Positions 40,241 to 50,816 of a stretch of 64,000 nt of DNA are shown here, piece by piece (within the stretch, counting starts at the first letter, position 1; every line of letters starts with the position of its first letter). A program made the position numbers and the translations under genes. The notes below the pieces were generated by a model. It had not been told where the DNA came from. It worked only from the letters and a program-made list of their open reading frames with translations, and did no database searches. The stretch is from an uncultured delta proteobacterium. GTDB taxonomy: Bacteria > Desulfobacterota > Binatia > UBA9968. The stretch covers positions 1 through 64,000 of the forward strand of contig CAWJBB010000027.1 in assembly GCA_963840855.1 (NCBI GenBank), read 5' to 3'.

Positions 40241-41777
40241 TTACCGTACTTTCATGTTCCAGCCAAAAATTCGCTCGCTCGGCAGGGGCCGGTAATCGAC
40301 GTTCTTCGCCAAACCAAACAAGAGCTGATGGCGCCAGAGAAAATGCGCCGGCGCTTCTTCGGTAATCACGCTCATCGCCTGGGCGAGAATCTTTTTACGC
40401 TTCGCCGGATCGAAGGTTTGCCGTTCTTGGCTCAACAATTCGTCCACCTTTGGATTTGAATAGCCGATGCGCGGCGATCCGCCGGTTTCAAAATACTGCG
40501 ACAAGGCGAGGCTTGGATCGACGACACCGCCGCGGCCCATGTAGTAGAACGGCACCTTGCCGACCTGCACGTTGGCCCACAACGTCGCCCACTCCGGCGT
40601 CAACAGTTTAGCGCGAAAACCGGCGGCATTGAGCATAGGAATCATCGCTTCGGTGATTTGCTTATCCAATGTATAGCGCCCCACCGGGGTTTGTAGCTCG
40701 ACATCGACGCCGTTGGGATAACCGCCTTGTTTCAAAAGCTCCCTGGCCTTTTCCGGATTGTAGGCGTACTTCGGTTGCAAGCTCGGATCGTAGCCATACT
40801 GCCCTTCGCCGATGGGCCCATCGAGCCGCGACGCTTCGCCTCGAAGAATCGTTTTCATGATGGTGTCTCGGTCAATCGCGTAGGCCACCGCCTGGCGCAC
40901 TAACTTGTTATCCCAAGGTTTAACCTTCGGCATCATCGCCAGGAACATGATTTCCGCGGAGTGGAACTTGACGATCTTATGTCTCGGGCTCTGTTCCACC
41001 CGCTGGCGCAGATGGGGCGGCACGAATTGAGCGATCTGAATCTCATTATTGAGCAGCGCGGTCACTCTCTGTTCGGGCTCGCGCATATTGCGAAAAACGA
41101 TTTCATCCGGCGCTAGCGGATACTGCTTCCACATCGGATGGGACCTGTCCTTGCCGATCACCAGCCGCTGGCCCGGCATCAGCTCGCGGAACTTGTAGGG
41201 CCCCGCGCCGATGGGATATTGGCGGTCCGCGACGTCCGGACCGTATTTGTCATATAACGCCTTGTTGGTCACGATGATGCGGTCGAAAAGATAATCCAAT
41301 AGCGGCGCCGTCGGCGTCTTCGTTGTGACCTGCACCGTGTAGTCATTGAGCGCTCTTTCGCTCGCCACAGCCGATATATTTTGCCGCTGCTTGCTTTGCG
41401 GATCGTTGCGCGTCCGCCCCATGGAATGGACGATATCGTGGGCCGTCACCGGCGTGCCGTCATGGAATTTGAGCCCTTTGCGCACGTGAAACAGCCAGGT
41501 GTTCGGATCTTTGACCTCCCATCTTTCCACGATCAATCCCACGTATTGCCCCTGGTCGAAATCGTACGTACCGAGGCAACCCAAGACCTGGCACCATATG
41601 CTGTACATCAGAGCCACGCTGTCGCCGTAAGGATTGAAGAAAGGTGTCCATCGTTTCGGTGACCCCGATGGAAATACGCGTTTCAGCCTGGGCGGTACCC
41701 CTGCGATTCGAAGGAGCGCCTAAGACGGTTGCTAGAGCCGTCACAACAACGACAATTTTCAACCGTGATCGCTTCAT
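40241..41777 (-). CDS. ABC transporter substrate-binding protein, family 5; frameshift near 41640
   Basis: Signal peptide in ORF 41460-41777; KFHDGTPVTA, GAGPYK, VRQAVAYAIDR, YNPEKARELL in ORF 40241-41617. Confidence 0.9.
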
Positions 41778-41835
41778 AATCCCTCCCGCGGAAATAACTT
41801 CTACTTTTTACTCTTTGCGGTTAAATCCCGAAAAT

Positions 41836-42348
41836 CTATTTCTGCCGGGGCACCACCGCCCAGGCTTCGATTTCCACCAGCATGTCCGGCAGATCGATGC
41901 CGACCCCGCGCAGTAATGTGGCCGGCCTGGGGTGAGCGCGCAGGTCCGGTTCATGCTGCTCAAAGAAAGCGTACATCTCGTCGCGCATGTCGAAGACATC
42001 TTCGCGGCGCTTCAAATAATAACGGAGCATGACGATGTTCTTGAGCGAAGCGCCCATCATTTCGAGATTATGCTTGATGTCATCCCAGCACTGCCGGGTC
42101 TGCTCCTTGATGCCGCCGACGACCTTGCCCCTGCCGGCCCGTTCTTGATCGGGCGTGCGGCACGGCGCATCTTCGAAGGGATCGCGCCCCGTGGATCCCG
42201 AAAGAAAAAGAATGTCGACGTCCCCTTTGGTGCGAAAGCCGGTCGCCCAGTTCATCTTCTCTTTATGATAATGGGGCCAGAGCGCGCCCCAGTCGTATTC
42301 GACCTTTTCGGCTTTTTGTTTTGCCAGCGATTCGGGATTCTGTGCCAT
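41836..42348 (-). CDS. RidA/YjgF family protein
   Basis: LFLSGSTG, EQTRQCWDDIK..L, MLVEIEAWA. Confidence 0.8.
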   Translation of the reverse strand: MAQNPESLAKQKAEKVEYDWGALWPHYHKEKMNWATGFRTKGDVDILFLSGSTGRDPFEDAPCRTPDQERAGRGKVVGGIKEQTRQCWDDIKHNLEMMGASLKNIVMLRYYLKRREDVFDMRDEMYAFFEQHEPDLRAHPRPATLLRGVGIDLPDMLVEIEAWAVVPRQK

Positions 42349-42553
42349 AGGATGATAATCCTCCTTATCCGTGTTCCGGCGTAGACCGCTATTTCGTGCT
42401 TATCAATAACTCAAACTCAAAAATCATGCCAATGAAAATCGCCTCCGGCTGTGTCTGCGATTCCGGCTTGCCCACGGCCACGCCATCTTATATGTAATTT
42501 GTGTAACGCGCGAAATGGCACTGTCACAAACCACCACCGTGGAAGCCTGTAGT

Positions 42554-43594
42554 ATGGCGCACAGCGGACGCTCCTGGAACCGCTTGGCATCCGTCGTCTT
42601 CCTGCTCTTGTTGGCGCCGGTGCCGGCCCGAGCCCAGGATTTTTATAAAGAGAAATTTATCCGCTTTATCGTCGGCCAGGCCGCTGGCGGCGGTTACGAT
42701 ACCTACACGCGCACCATTGCGCGCCACATGATCAAACACGTTCCCGGCAATCCGGCTGTCACTGTCGAAAACATGACCGGCGCCGGCAGCCTGGTGGCGG
42801 CCAACTATCTCTACAACAACACCAAGCCGGACGGCTTGACCATCGGCAACTGGAATAGCGCGCTGGTATTGAATCAGGCGCTGGGAGACCCGAACGTCAA
42901 ATTCAACGCGCGCAATTTTGGCTGGATCGGCGCCCCCGCTAAGAGCGTCCCGGTGTGTCTCATGATGGGCTTCACCGGCCTAAAGAGCTTCGACGAGATT
43001 CTAAAATCCGGCAAGACGATCAAGATGGGCGGAACGGGTCCGGGCTCCCATAGTCTCGACATGCCGCTGATGCTGAATAGGATGACCGGCGCGAAGTTCA
43101 ATGTAGTTTCCGGCTACCAGGGCACGGCACAGATAAGACTCGCCTTGCAACGGCGCGAAGTAGAGGGCTTGTGCACCAACTGGGATTCGGTCCTTGCGAC
43201 CCAGAGGGATTTACTAGACGCCAAAGGCGATGAAGCCATGACTCCTTTTATTATCCACGCGCGGGTGCCCGAGCCAGAGGCGAACAGCGCGGTGCTAGTC
43301 AGCGAAGTCATCAAAGATGCAAGCAACCTGCACACATACAAAGTTTACATGGCACAAATGGAATATTCGCGGCCGCTCACGACATCTCCGGGGATACCTA
43401 GAACACGCCTGGAAATTTTGCGCCGCGCCTTTAAAGCGACTCTTGCAGACCCCGAATTCCTGGCTCAGGCCAACAAGCTGAAACTCGATATCAGCCATGT
43501 CTCGGGAGAGGAAAGCGAAAAGCTCGTCAACGAAGTCCTGTCGATTCCGCCCAAGGTGAAGGACAATCTCAGCTACCTGTCATCGACGAAGTAA
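42554..43594 (+). CDS. Tripartite tricarboxylate transporter substrate-binding protein (Bug/TctC)
   Basis: Signal peptide, AGGGYD, ENMTGAG, PDGLT, GYQG, LADPEF. Confidence 0.9.
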   Translation: MAHSGRSWNRLASVVFLLLLAPVPARAQDFYKEKFIRFIVGQAAGGGYDTYTRTIARHMIKHVPGNPAVTVENMTGAGSLVAANYLYNNTKPDGLTIGNWNSALVLNQALGDPNVKFNARNFGWIGAPAKSVPVCLMMGFTGLKSFDEILKSGKTIKMGGTGPGSHSLDMPLMLNRMTGAKFNVVSGYQGTAQIRLALQRREVEGLCTNWDSVLATQRDLLDAKGDEAMTPFIIHARVPEPEANSAVLVSEVIKDASNLHTYKVYMAQMEYSRPLTTSPGIPRTRLEILRRAFKATLADPEFLAQANKLKLDISHVSGEESEKLVNEVLSIPPKVKDNLSYLSSTK

Positions 43595-43634
43595 GCTTCG
43601 CGCCAAATGAGGATTGGCCTTAAGGAGATTTTCT

Positions 43635-44798
43635 ATGGCGAAAAATGGCTTCAGAGCGATGGATTCAGACATGCATGTCTTCGAGCCCGCCGATCTCTGG
43701 CAGCGCTACATCGACCCCAAGTATCTTGACCGCGCGCCCAAAGGGCTCAACCGCAGTTTCAGGGATCTGGGCATCGAAGTCGATGGAAAGATCTTGCCGA
43801 TACCGCGCCAGCCGGAGAACCCCGCGTTGGCAAAATATCGCCACGAATTCTTCACGGCAAAATACGGCGACGCGGGCAAGCGTAATTTCGACGGCGTTTC
43901 ACAGCTGCAAGCGATGGATAACGAAGGTCTGGATGTCGCCGTGCTGTTTCCAACCCGTGCATTAACCGCATTGGGCATTGACGGCCTCGACCCCGACTTC
44001 GCCACCGCCATCGCCCGCGCTTATAACGATTGGCTCCACGATTTCGCCCAGGCCGACAACAAACGCATGTTCGGCGTCGCTATGATCGCGCCCCATGACA
44101 TCAGCGGTTCCATCGAAGAGATGCGCCGGACGGTTAAAGAGTATGGCTTCAGGGGAATTTTTCTGCGGCCCAACCATGTAAATAACAAGAAGTGGAGCGA
44201 CGCCTACTACGACCCGCTGTGGGCGGAGTGCGAGAAATTGAACTTACCCGTTGGCTTTCACGAGGCGGGCCGGGTCTACCTGCCGCAACCCGCCTTCTTT
44301 CACATCTGTTCGACCTTTTCGATGTTCAACACCTTCGGTTTTCCTTTCGCCAACATGCTCGCCTGCGGCGACATGATCTTCGGCGGAGTCATGGAGCGGT
44401 TCCCAAAATTGAAAGTGGCGTTTCTCGAAGGCAACTGTTCATGGGTTCCCTGGCTCCTCTGGCGCATGGGCGAATACGCCGAGACGACGGGCCGAGCGGA
44501 ATATCCCGACTTAACCATGACGCCCCTCGAATACTTTCAACGGCAGTGCTACGGCGCCGTGGAATGCGATGAGATCACGGCGAAGCATATTCCCGAATAC
44601 GGGCTCGAAGACAACATGGTCTTCTCCACCGACTACCCACATCTCGACGTAAAGTATCCGCACGCCATCGATTCGTTTTTAAAAATGCCCTTCTCCGACC
44701 AAACGAAACGCAAATGGCTGTGGGACAACTGCGCCAAGATGTACAATTTTGCAGACGAAGACATTCATATCTCGATTTCGACGATGACCGGGGCGTGA
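43635..44798 (+). CDS. Amidohydrolase_2 family protein
   Basis: AAGGAG RBS; DSDMHVFEP, AYNDW, GFHE, ERFPKLKVAFLE, STDYPH. Confidence 0.9.
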   Translation: MAKNGFRAMDSDMHVFEPADLWQRYIDPKYLDRAPKGLNRSFRDLGIEVDGKILPIPRQPENPALAKYRHEFFTAKYGDAGKRNFDGVSQLQAMDNEGLDVAVLFPTRALTALGIDGLDPDFATAIARAYNDWLHDFAQADNKRMFGVAMIAPHDISGSIEEMRRTVKEYGFRGIFLRPNHVNNKKWSDAYYDPLWAECEKLNLPVGFHEAGRVYLPQPAFFHICSTFSMFNTFGFPFANMLACGDMIFGGVMERFPKLKVAFLEGNCSWVPWLLWRMGEYAETTGRAEYPDLTMTPLEYFQRQCYGAVECDEITAKHIPEYGLEDNMVFSTDYPHLDVKYPHAIDSFLKMPFSDQTKRKWLWDNCAKMYNFADEDIHISISTMTGA

Positions 44799-44954
44799 TC
44801 GGAGGGGCGCTCCTTGGCGCGCATGTCGCGTGCTTGCATGGACGCAAGACTCTTGCAATGCTTGCGCCAATTTCGAGCGATAGCAGCCAAGCGGACTTTT
44901 AGCGAGTTTACGTTCCAGGTCGCGATTTTCATCCTTCTTCCCCTCGGTATAGAG

Positions 44955-46103
44955 CTACTTCTTGCCAGCCTGCGAGAGTGCGTCTTCCACTGCTTTGAGC
45001 ACCGGCTTCATCGCCAGCCACTGGTCGGTGTCGAGGTAATTGACGCCGTCGACGCGCCGGCTGCGCGGGTCGACGTCATCTTTTGGGATATCGATGCGCA
45101 ACGAATCCGGCGAGCCTTCGTCGGCTTTGCCCAGGGCTTTTTGAAAACTGATCTGGCCGTTGCGGGACAAAAACCAATTGATGAAAACCGTGGCGGCGTT
45201 GGGATGGGGCGCCTGGCTCACCAGTGTCAGAATCGCCTGCCCGGCGCTCAAACCGGCGCCCTCTTTCATGCGGCCGAACATATCCACTGGCAGGCCCTGC
45301 GTGTTAGCCTTCTCCACTCCTTCGCACCAAAAGCAGATGGAAAATTTTCCTGCGGCGAGCCAGTCGAGACCCTGGCGGCGGTCCCTGAACAAAGTGAGAT
45401 CCATCTCACCGAATAGTTTTCTGACGAATTCCGGTCCCATGTCCGGGCTGTAATAGAACAGCCGGACAGCGCTGCCGCCGGTGCCTGGCGCCCGTATGTC
45501 TCGCGCCAACATCTTACCTTTCCACTTCGGATCGACAAAATCCCAAAACGAAGTGAACTCCTTTGGCTGGACAAGCTGTGTGTTGTAGGAGATCTGGCCG
45601 AGCTGAGCCGATGCCACGTAGCGAAATAGATAGCGTTTCTCCGGATCGCTATAGTGATGTTTGCCTTGCCACCATCTCGATTCGTCGAGGACTTCGGGCA
45701 ACAACAAAACGGGTTTGATCGGGTCGAGATACTTGGCCTGCATAAAATCGTAGCTGCGCAGCACGCCCACCATGAAAACATCAGCGAGGTTTTTGCCGGC
45801 GCGGCGTTCGGCGCTGAAGCGGCGTTCCAGGTCGTTTTCCACGCCGCTGACTAGACTGAGCTTGATGCCGGGAAAGGCCTTTTCGAAAGCGCCGGACATC
45901 AAGACCGGCGCATAGGTGCTATGCACGTATACCGTAACTTGTCCTTCGGACTTGGCCGCCTGAACGGTTTTTTCCCACTCTTGCTGCCAAGGCTGCCTCG
46001 CTTCACCCGCTCGCGGCGTGGCGCTCCAAGATAACACCAGCCACAGAGCAGCCAGGGCGCGCGTGGCGCTTCGGCAAATTAAAGCCGCTTGATTAGCTGA
46101 CAT
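44955..46103 (-). CDS. ABC transporter extracellular solute-binding protein (Fe/thiamine/polyamine-type)
   Basis: Signal peptide, AAKSEGQVTVY, YNTQLV, DPKWKGK, APHPNAA..FINW.LS..GQ. Confidence 0.88.
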   Translation of the reverse strand: MSANQAALICRSATRALAALWLVLSWSATPRAGEARQPWQQEWEKTVQAAKSEGQVTVYVHSTYAPVLMSGAFEKAFPGIKLSLVSGVENDLERRFSAERRAGKNLADVFMVGVLRSYDFMQAKYLDPIKPVLLLPEVLDESRWWQGKHHYSDPEKRYLFRYVASAQLGQISYNTQLVQPKEFTSFWDFVDPKWKGKMLARDIRAPGTGGSAVRLFYYSPDMGPEFVRKLFGEMDLTLFRDRRQGLDWLAAGKFSICFWCEGVEKANTQGLPVDMFGRMKEGAGLSAGQAILTLVSQAPHPNAATVFINWFLSRNGQISFQKALGKADEGSPDSLRIDIPKDDVDPRSRRVDGVNYLDTDQWLAMKPVLKAVEDALSQAGKK

Positions 46104-47280
46104 AAATCACCTTCGGCACATGGTCTCTCAATTCGTTTACTTTAACGAGCCTTTCAACCACGTCCACATGGACGAGACGATTTTTCGCCGGGTCGCGAAT
46201 CAGGTTCGGCGGATCTTCGCCGCGCAGGGATGTTTCGATGACGTTTTTCCAAAGCTTGCGCACCTGGATCACGCCGCGGTCGGAATGCCCAAGGTGTTCG
46301 CGCGTGCGGTCGACAATCGCCCCCTGGCCCACCTGCGCCGCGTTATCTTGTCCATTGATCGTCGCCATGTCCCACTGGCGGCGTGTGCCGCGCATCAGCG
46401 GCGGCGGTTTCGGCCGCGGCTGCTTCTCCTCATTTTCGTTTTTGTCCGCGCCCCCAGGAAAAAATTTGAGCGTGAAGGTCCGCGTCGTCAAGTCGTCGAT
46501 GGGCATGCGCCACGCCACATCGACCATCTCCGTCAGTGGGTCGCCGGGTAAAGTGCCGCCGTGATGTACCACCATGATCGGCGGCACGTAGGCCACCTCG
46601 CGGTGCCACTCCGTGCCCGGTTCAGGCCCTTTGCGCCGGGCGACGTAGTAGGCCATGGTATCCGTCGCGGCCACAGCGAAATCCGGCGTCTCCATCCATT
46701 CGGGCGCCGCGGGGAAACCATGTACCGGCCTGCCGTGCAGTATCGTCGCATGCACCGGGTCGAGGGCGTTTTCCACCTGCTGCATGTAATTGCATTCGCG
46801 CACGTAGCCGGAAAAGTTTCTTGCGCCGTCATGGCGCGTGAGAAAGTGATAGTTCGGCAGTTCCGGCGGCTGCCCCTTGCCCATATAAGCCCAGATAAGC
46901 CCGCCCAACTCGCGTGCCGGATAGGCTTTCAGCCTGATCTTGTCTTTGAAATTGCTTTCGGGCGGCTCGCCCGGTTGCTCTAGGCAGCGGCCGTGCACAT
47001 CGAAAACCCAGCCATGATAACAGCACCGGATTCCGCCGGCCTCGATCCAACCGTAGTCCAGGGAAGCGCCGCGGTGCGGGCAAGTGGGCTCCGTTAACCC
47101 GACGCGGCCAAACTCGTCGCGGAACAGCAACAAGTCTTCACAAAGCCAGCGCACTAGCTTCGGCTCCTCCGAGCTAATTTCACTCGAAAAGCCGACGGGT
47201 AACCAGTAACTGCGCAAGGTTTCACCGGCTGGAGTGCCGGGTCCGACGCGGGTCAACATTTCGTTTTCATCTCGATCCAT
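46093..47280 (-). CDS. Rieske non-heme iron oxygenase alpha subunit (phthalate 4,5-dioxygenase/LigX-like)
   Basis: LTRVGPGTPAG..LR.YW, CPHRG...CCYHGW (Rieske), ENALDPVHATILH, QD. Confidence 0.9.
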   Translation of the reverse strand: MDRDENEMLTRVGPGTPAGETLRSYWLPVGFSSEISSEEPKLVRWLCEDLLLFRDEFGRVGLTEPTCPHRGASLDYGWIEAGGIRCCYHGWVFDVHGRCLEQPGEPPESNFKDKIRLKAYPARELGGLIWAYMGKGQPPELPNYHFLTRHDGARNFSGYVRECNYMQQVENALDPVHATILHGRPVHGFPAAPEWMETPDFAVAATDTMAYYVARRKGPEPGTEWHREVAYVPPIMVVHHGGTLPGDPLTEMVDVAWRMPIDDLTTRTFTLKFFPGGADKNENEEKQPRPKPPPLMRGTRRQWDMATINGQDNAAQVGQGAIVDRTREHLGHSDRGVIQVRKLWKNVIETSLRGEDPPNLIRDPAKNRLVHVDVVERLVKVNELRDHVPKVIYVS

Positions 47281-47381
47281 ATCGATTCTCCGTAAATTCC
47301 CGTCAACTGAACAGCGCGAATCATGAAGCGGTGTCAAAAAAGGCCGTTGACAACTTCGCCTTCATACATTGCTCTTAGCCG

Positions 47382-48619
47382 TCATCTCTCCAGTGTTTCT
47401 CGTCCCACCACCGCTAACAGCGTGGCCGAGAAGATCAACAGCGGCGCATAAACGAGAAAAGGCACGCCGGGATTGAACTGGTTGGCCAGATAGCCGCCGA
47501 TCAAAGGTGCAAAGCTGCTGCCGAGCTCCGCGATCGTTCTGCGCAGCGCCTGCAACCGGCCGCGCGCATGAGGAGGCACGACATCATAGGTCGAAGTGGC
47601 CAACGAGCCCAGGGACAATCCCTGGGCAAATCCCGCGATACCGACGAGCACACGCGAGCTGCGCTGAAACTGTCCGTCAGTGGAATCAGCAAGAACACCA
47701 GCGCTGGCGCTGCCGTGCTTGGCACCGTGCACCATTTTCTCCCGACGTGGTCCATTAGGAACCCTGCGGGAATGATCATGGCGAACACGACCACGCCTGA
47801 AATGGTAAACAACATACCGACCTGGCTCGGCGAGAGGTGCAGATACGCTCCGGCGTAGAGCGGCAGCATGCTCTGAACGATGATTCGTTGCGACTGTGAT
47901 ACCAGGGTTGCCAGCACCAGGGCGACAAAGGTGGGCCGCAAATCGGGCCGAATTTTTCTGAACAACGCCAATAACCCATGCAGTCTTTGGCCCAGCGCAG
48001 CCGTGCCCCAGCCGCGAACCGATTCCGGAGTCTCATTGGCGGCGACCGGCACCGCCGTGTTAGGGCCGGCCGCACCCCATAACGCCGCCAAAGCGCACGC
48101 CATGGCGTAGCCGACAAACGCCGCTTTGAAACTGAAGAGTTCGGTCAGCCAGCCACCGACGAAGGGCGCTATCGCCGCGCCGATATTGTGGGTTCCGTGC
48201 ATACTGCTGATCAAACGCCCGCGCTGGTTGCGCCGCGCCAGATCGATGGCGGCGAGTTCCCGCGCCGTAGCCCCGAGGCTATCCGCTGCGCCGATGCATA
48301 ACGACAAAACCAACATGATCGAAAACCACGGCACCACCGCACACAGCAGCGCGGCGATACACCCTGCCAGCGGACCGCCCACCAGCGCCACGCGCGCTCC
48401 CATGCGGTCGAGCATGATGCCGGCCGCGATGGTGCCGAAGAATTTGCCGATGGCGGTGGCGGTGACAATCTGTGCCGCGCCGCCCGCCGACACCCCGAAC
48501 TCGCGCCCGAGCACGGGTATGGTGGGAATAATCATCGCCCACGTTCCGGACATCAACGTGCCGGCGTAAACCGCGACGAAACCGCGCGCGGTGGAGCTAG
48601 ACTGGAGCAAGCGAAACAT
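47382..48619 (-). CDS. MFS transporter; frameshift near 47665
   Basis: About 12 hydrophobic segments, LDRMG and MDHVGRK loops; C-terminus in ORF 47382-47735. Confidence 0.85.
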
Positions 48620-48644
48620 TGAGACCGTGAATCGGCACGGTTTC

Positions 48645-49619
48645 CTAATTTGTCGTCGCCGAGTATTTTGCGCCCAGACTTTGCAGAAATTTATCGGCGC
48701 TATCCGGCGTGCTTTCCCGCGGCAATTTTTTCAGCTCGGCGATCAATGCTGTCAGCGCCACGGGCTTTTCCGCCAGCGTCACGATGGCGTCAAAATACTT
48801 GAAGTACGCGAGATCATGGCTCAGCTTGGCCTCCAGCACCGTGGGTGGGTGTTGTCCCGCGATCTGGCGCTGAAACATGCTCTGATAGGCGGGGTATCCG
48901 GATAGCAGCCCGAGGATTTTGTGCTTGGCCTCGTCTACGGGAGCACTCGCGAAAATTTTTTCCGCTTCCCGCACCAACTCGTGCAACTCTCGCGAAATCT
49001 GTCTGCCTTCATTCACTGCCGCCTGTGCCCGTTGCAGATTCTCAACGTCGTCCTTGCGCTTGAAATACTCCATCGCCGCCAACGAACCGAGGGGCGTCAC
49101 CACCGCCTCCTCTATCTCCCACGGCAGATCGAAATTCGCGTCGCCGTGCAGATCTTCGTGGAGGATGACGTTTACCCGCCGCACGATCCCTTGCGCCGCA
49201 AAGCTTGGCGTCGCCGCTGAACGCGGGTCGGCGTATTCGTTTCCCTGCCGGTAGTAGACGCTGTAACCGTCCACGCGGTAAACCTGCTCCAATGGCAGTT
49301 GTTCCTTGGCGGCGTCAAAGCCCACGGCCATGCGAATATCCATCGGGACGCTGACCGCCAACGTCCCGGCTTTCTGAAGCCAAAACCATAGCATGGAAAG
49401 CGCTCTGTCCCCGGCTGAAGTCCGGCTCAAGGCGTCAGTCGGCTCGATCCCAAGCGTCTTGCCAAAAGCTTTGACTTCCTCGATGAGACTGGCGGTTTCG
49501 CGCAGCCTTTGCTCGCTTTGGGAACCGGGCGGCTCCATCAGCGCGCAGGCATTGAGGCTCTGGAGCACAAACACCATAGCGGCAAACCATGCATGTCGAC
49601 CACGGTACTTACAATCCAT
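48645..49619 (-). CDS. Hypothetical lipoprotein, putative zinc metallopeptidase
   Basis: Lipobox-like LNAC; HEDLH with downstream EEA (gluzincin-like). Confidence 0.55.
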   Translation of the reverse strand: MDCKYRGRHAWFAAMVFVLQSLNACALMEPPGSQSEQRLRETASLIEEVKAFGKTLGIEPTDALSRTSAGDRALSMLWFWLQKAGTLAVSVPMDIRMAVGFDAAKEQLPLEQVYRVDGYSVYYRQGNEYADPRSAATPSFAAQGIVRRVNVILHEDLHGDANFDLPWEIEEAVVTPLGSLAAMEYFKRKDDVENLQRAQAAVNEGRQISRELHELVREAEKIFASAPVDEAKHKILGLLSGYPAYQSMFQRQIAGQHPPTVLEAKLSHDLAYFKYFDAIVTLAEKPVALTALIAELKKLPRESTPDSADKFLQSLGAKYSATTN

Positions 49620-49634
49620 GGGTGAGAGATTATC

Positions 49635-49777
49635 GTTCAAGGTTCAAAGTTCAAGGTTCAAAGTTGAATACGGAACTTGAACCCGAAGTTCGGAGTCTTG
49701 AACGGGGAGGGGGATCCGAAACCTTGAACTTTGAACATTGAACCTTGAACCGGCGTTCAGCACCTTGAACTTTGAAC
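49635..49777. repeat. Inverted heptamer array (GTTCAAR)n...(YTTGAAC)n
   Basis: 4 GTTCAAR units, spacer, then 4+2 TTGAAC units. Confidence 0.9.
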
Positions 49778-49798
49778 CGAGCGTCTTCGCTCGTCGCG

Positions 49799-50680
49799 CT
49801 ATAGCGCGAACAACGAAGCCACCGGCGCCTTACGCGGAATCCAGCCCACCTCGACCATCATATCCATCTCTGCGTCGGCGAGCTTCTGTTCCTGTTCTGT
49901 CATGGTGAACTCGATGCGCGGATAGCGAGCCGAAGCCAGGAGCGCCTCCTTGTCGCCAGCGTAGCGCTTGACGAACTCGTCGGCGATCTCCGTCAGATGC
50001 TCCTCGCTCCAGGCAAACGAAGCGCGGAACGCTTGCAGCAGCTTGTCTTTGATGCCCGGATGGTCGCGCAGGAAATCTTCCCGCGCGCCGATCATATGCT
50101 TGATCATTTGGGGAAAGCCACTTAGCGCTTGCCAAATCTCGCCGTCGGTGTAAAGACAGCGCAGGTCGTTATCTCGTTCGCCGCGAAAAAAAAATTGATC
50201 GAGCAGCACCACGCTGTCGACCCTTCCGGTTTTCAACACATCCAGCAGCTGTTCCTGGCGGTGCGATTGCCAGTTCAACTTTGTATCGTCGACGCCAAAC
50301 TGATGGCGCAACAGATAACGGTGGATCGCGTGGGCACCCTGGTGCGAGCCAATGACCCGGCCCGCCAGATCTTGCGGTTTTTGCACCGCGGAGTCTTTGC
50401 GCACGAACATGCCGTTGCCCTTCATGGTCGATTTCCATTCGGTGCAAAGACCGACGATGGGCGCGCCTTCGAGCTTGCGCTGCAAAAAATTCGGGAAGTA
50501 GAGGTTTGCCACTTGCACATCGCCGCGGATCAACGCTTCCTCTTGCTCGCGGCTCGGCGGGTCCGGCAGCTCGATGACATTCATATTGAAACCATCGGGC
50601 TTCACCTTCTCCGTGGCCAACGCATAATAAGTGCGAAACATGCAAAAACGATTTCGATAGTGCGCGAATGTGAGATCCAT
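49799..50680 (-). CDS. PBP-fold protein without signal peptide (SsuA/THI5/MqnD-like)
   Basis: DLAGRVIG, LKTGRVDSVVL, FRASFAW; no N-terminal signal. Confidence 0.7.
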   Translation of the reverse strand: MDLTFAHYRNRFCMFRTYYALATEKVKPDGFNMNVIELPDPPSREQEEALIRGDVQVANLYFPNFLQRKLEGAPIVGLCTEWKSTMKGNGMFVRKDSAVQKPQDLAGRVIGSHQGAHAIHRYLLRHQFGVDDTKLNWQSHRQEQLLDVLKTGRVDSVVLLDQFFFRGERDNDLRCLYTDGEIWQALSGFPQMIKHMIGAREDFLRDHPGIKDKLLQAFRASFAWSEEHLTEIADEFVKRYAGDKEALLASARYPRIEFTMTEQEQKLADAEMDMMVEVGWIPRKAPVASLFAL

Positions 50681-50705
50681 AGTGACTCCTAATCTGTCAG
50701 GCTTG

Positions 50706-50815
50706 GTTCAATGTTCAAGGTTCAACGTTCAAAGTTCAATGTTCGAACGTTTTCGCCCGTAGCCGTTCAAGGTTCCGAACTTGAACCTTGAACCTTGAAC
50801 ATTGAACCTTGAACT
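50706..50815. repeat. Inverted heptamer array (GTTCAAN)5-6...(TTGAACN)5
   Basis: gttcaat gttcaag gttcaac gttcaaa gttcaat gttcgaa ... ttgaacc ttgaacc ttgaaca ttgaacc ttgaact. Confidence 0.92.
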
Positions 50816-50816
50816 T

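Noticed and set aside
41600-41660. Recoding at the breaks in the SBP, ade, MFS and DUF4197 genes
   Set aside because: These are frame changes at short repeats or homopolymers, not in-frame TGA at a Cys position
44798-44955. ncRNA or riboswitch between convergent genes
   Set aside because: Only short hairpins and no recognisable family motif; a covariance-model search would be needed
49635-50815. CRISPR array
   Set aside because: Units are 7 bp, tandem and inverted, with no unique 30-40 bp spacers and no cas genes
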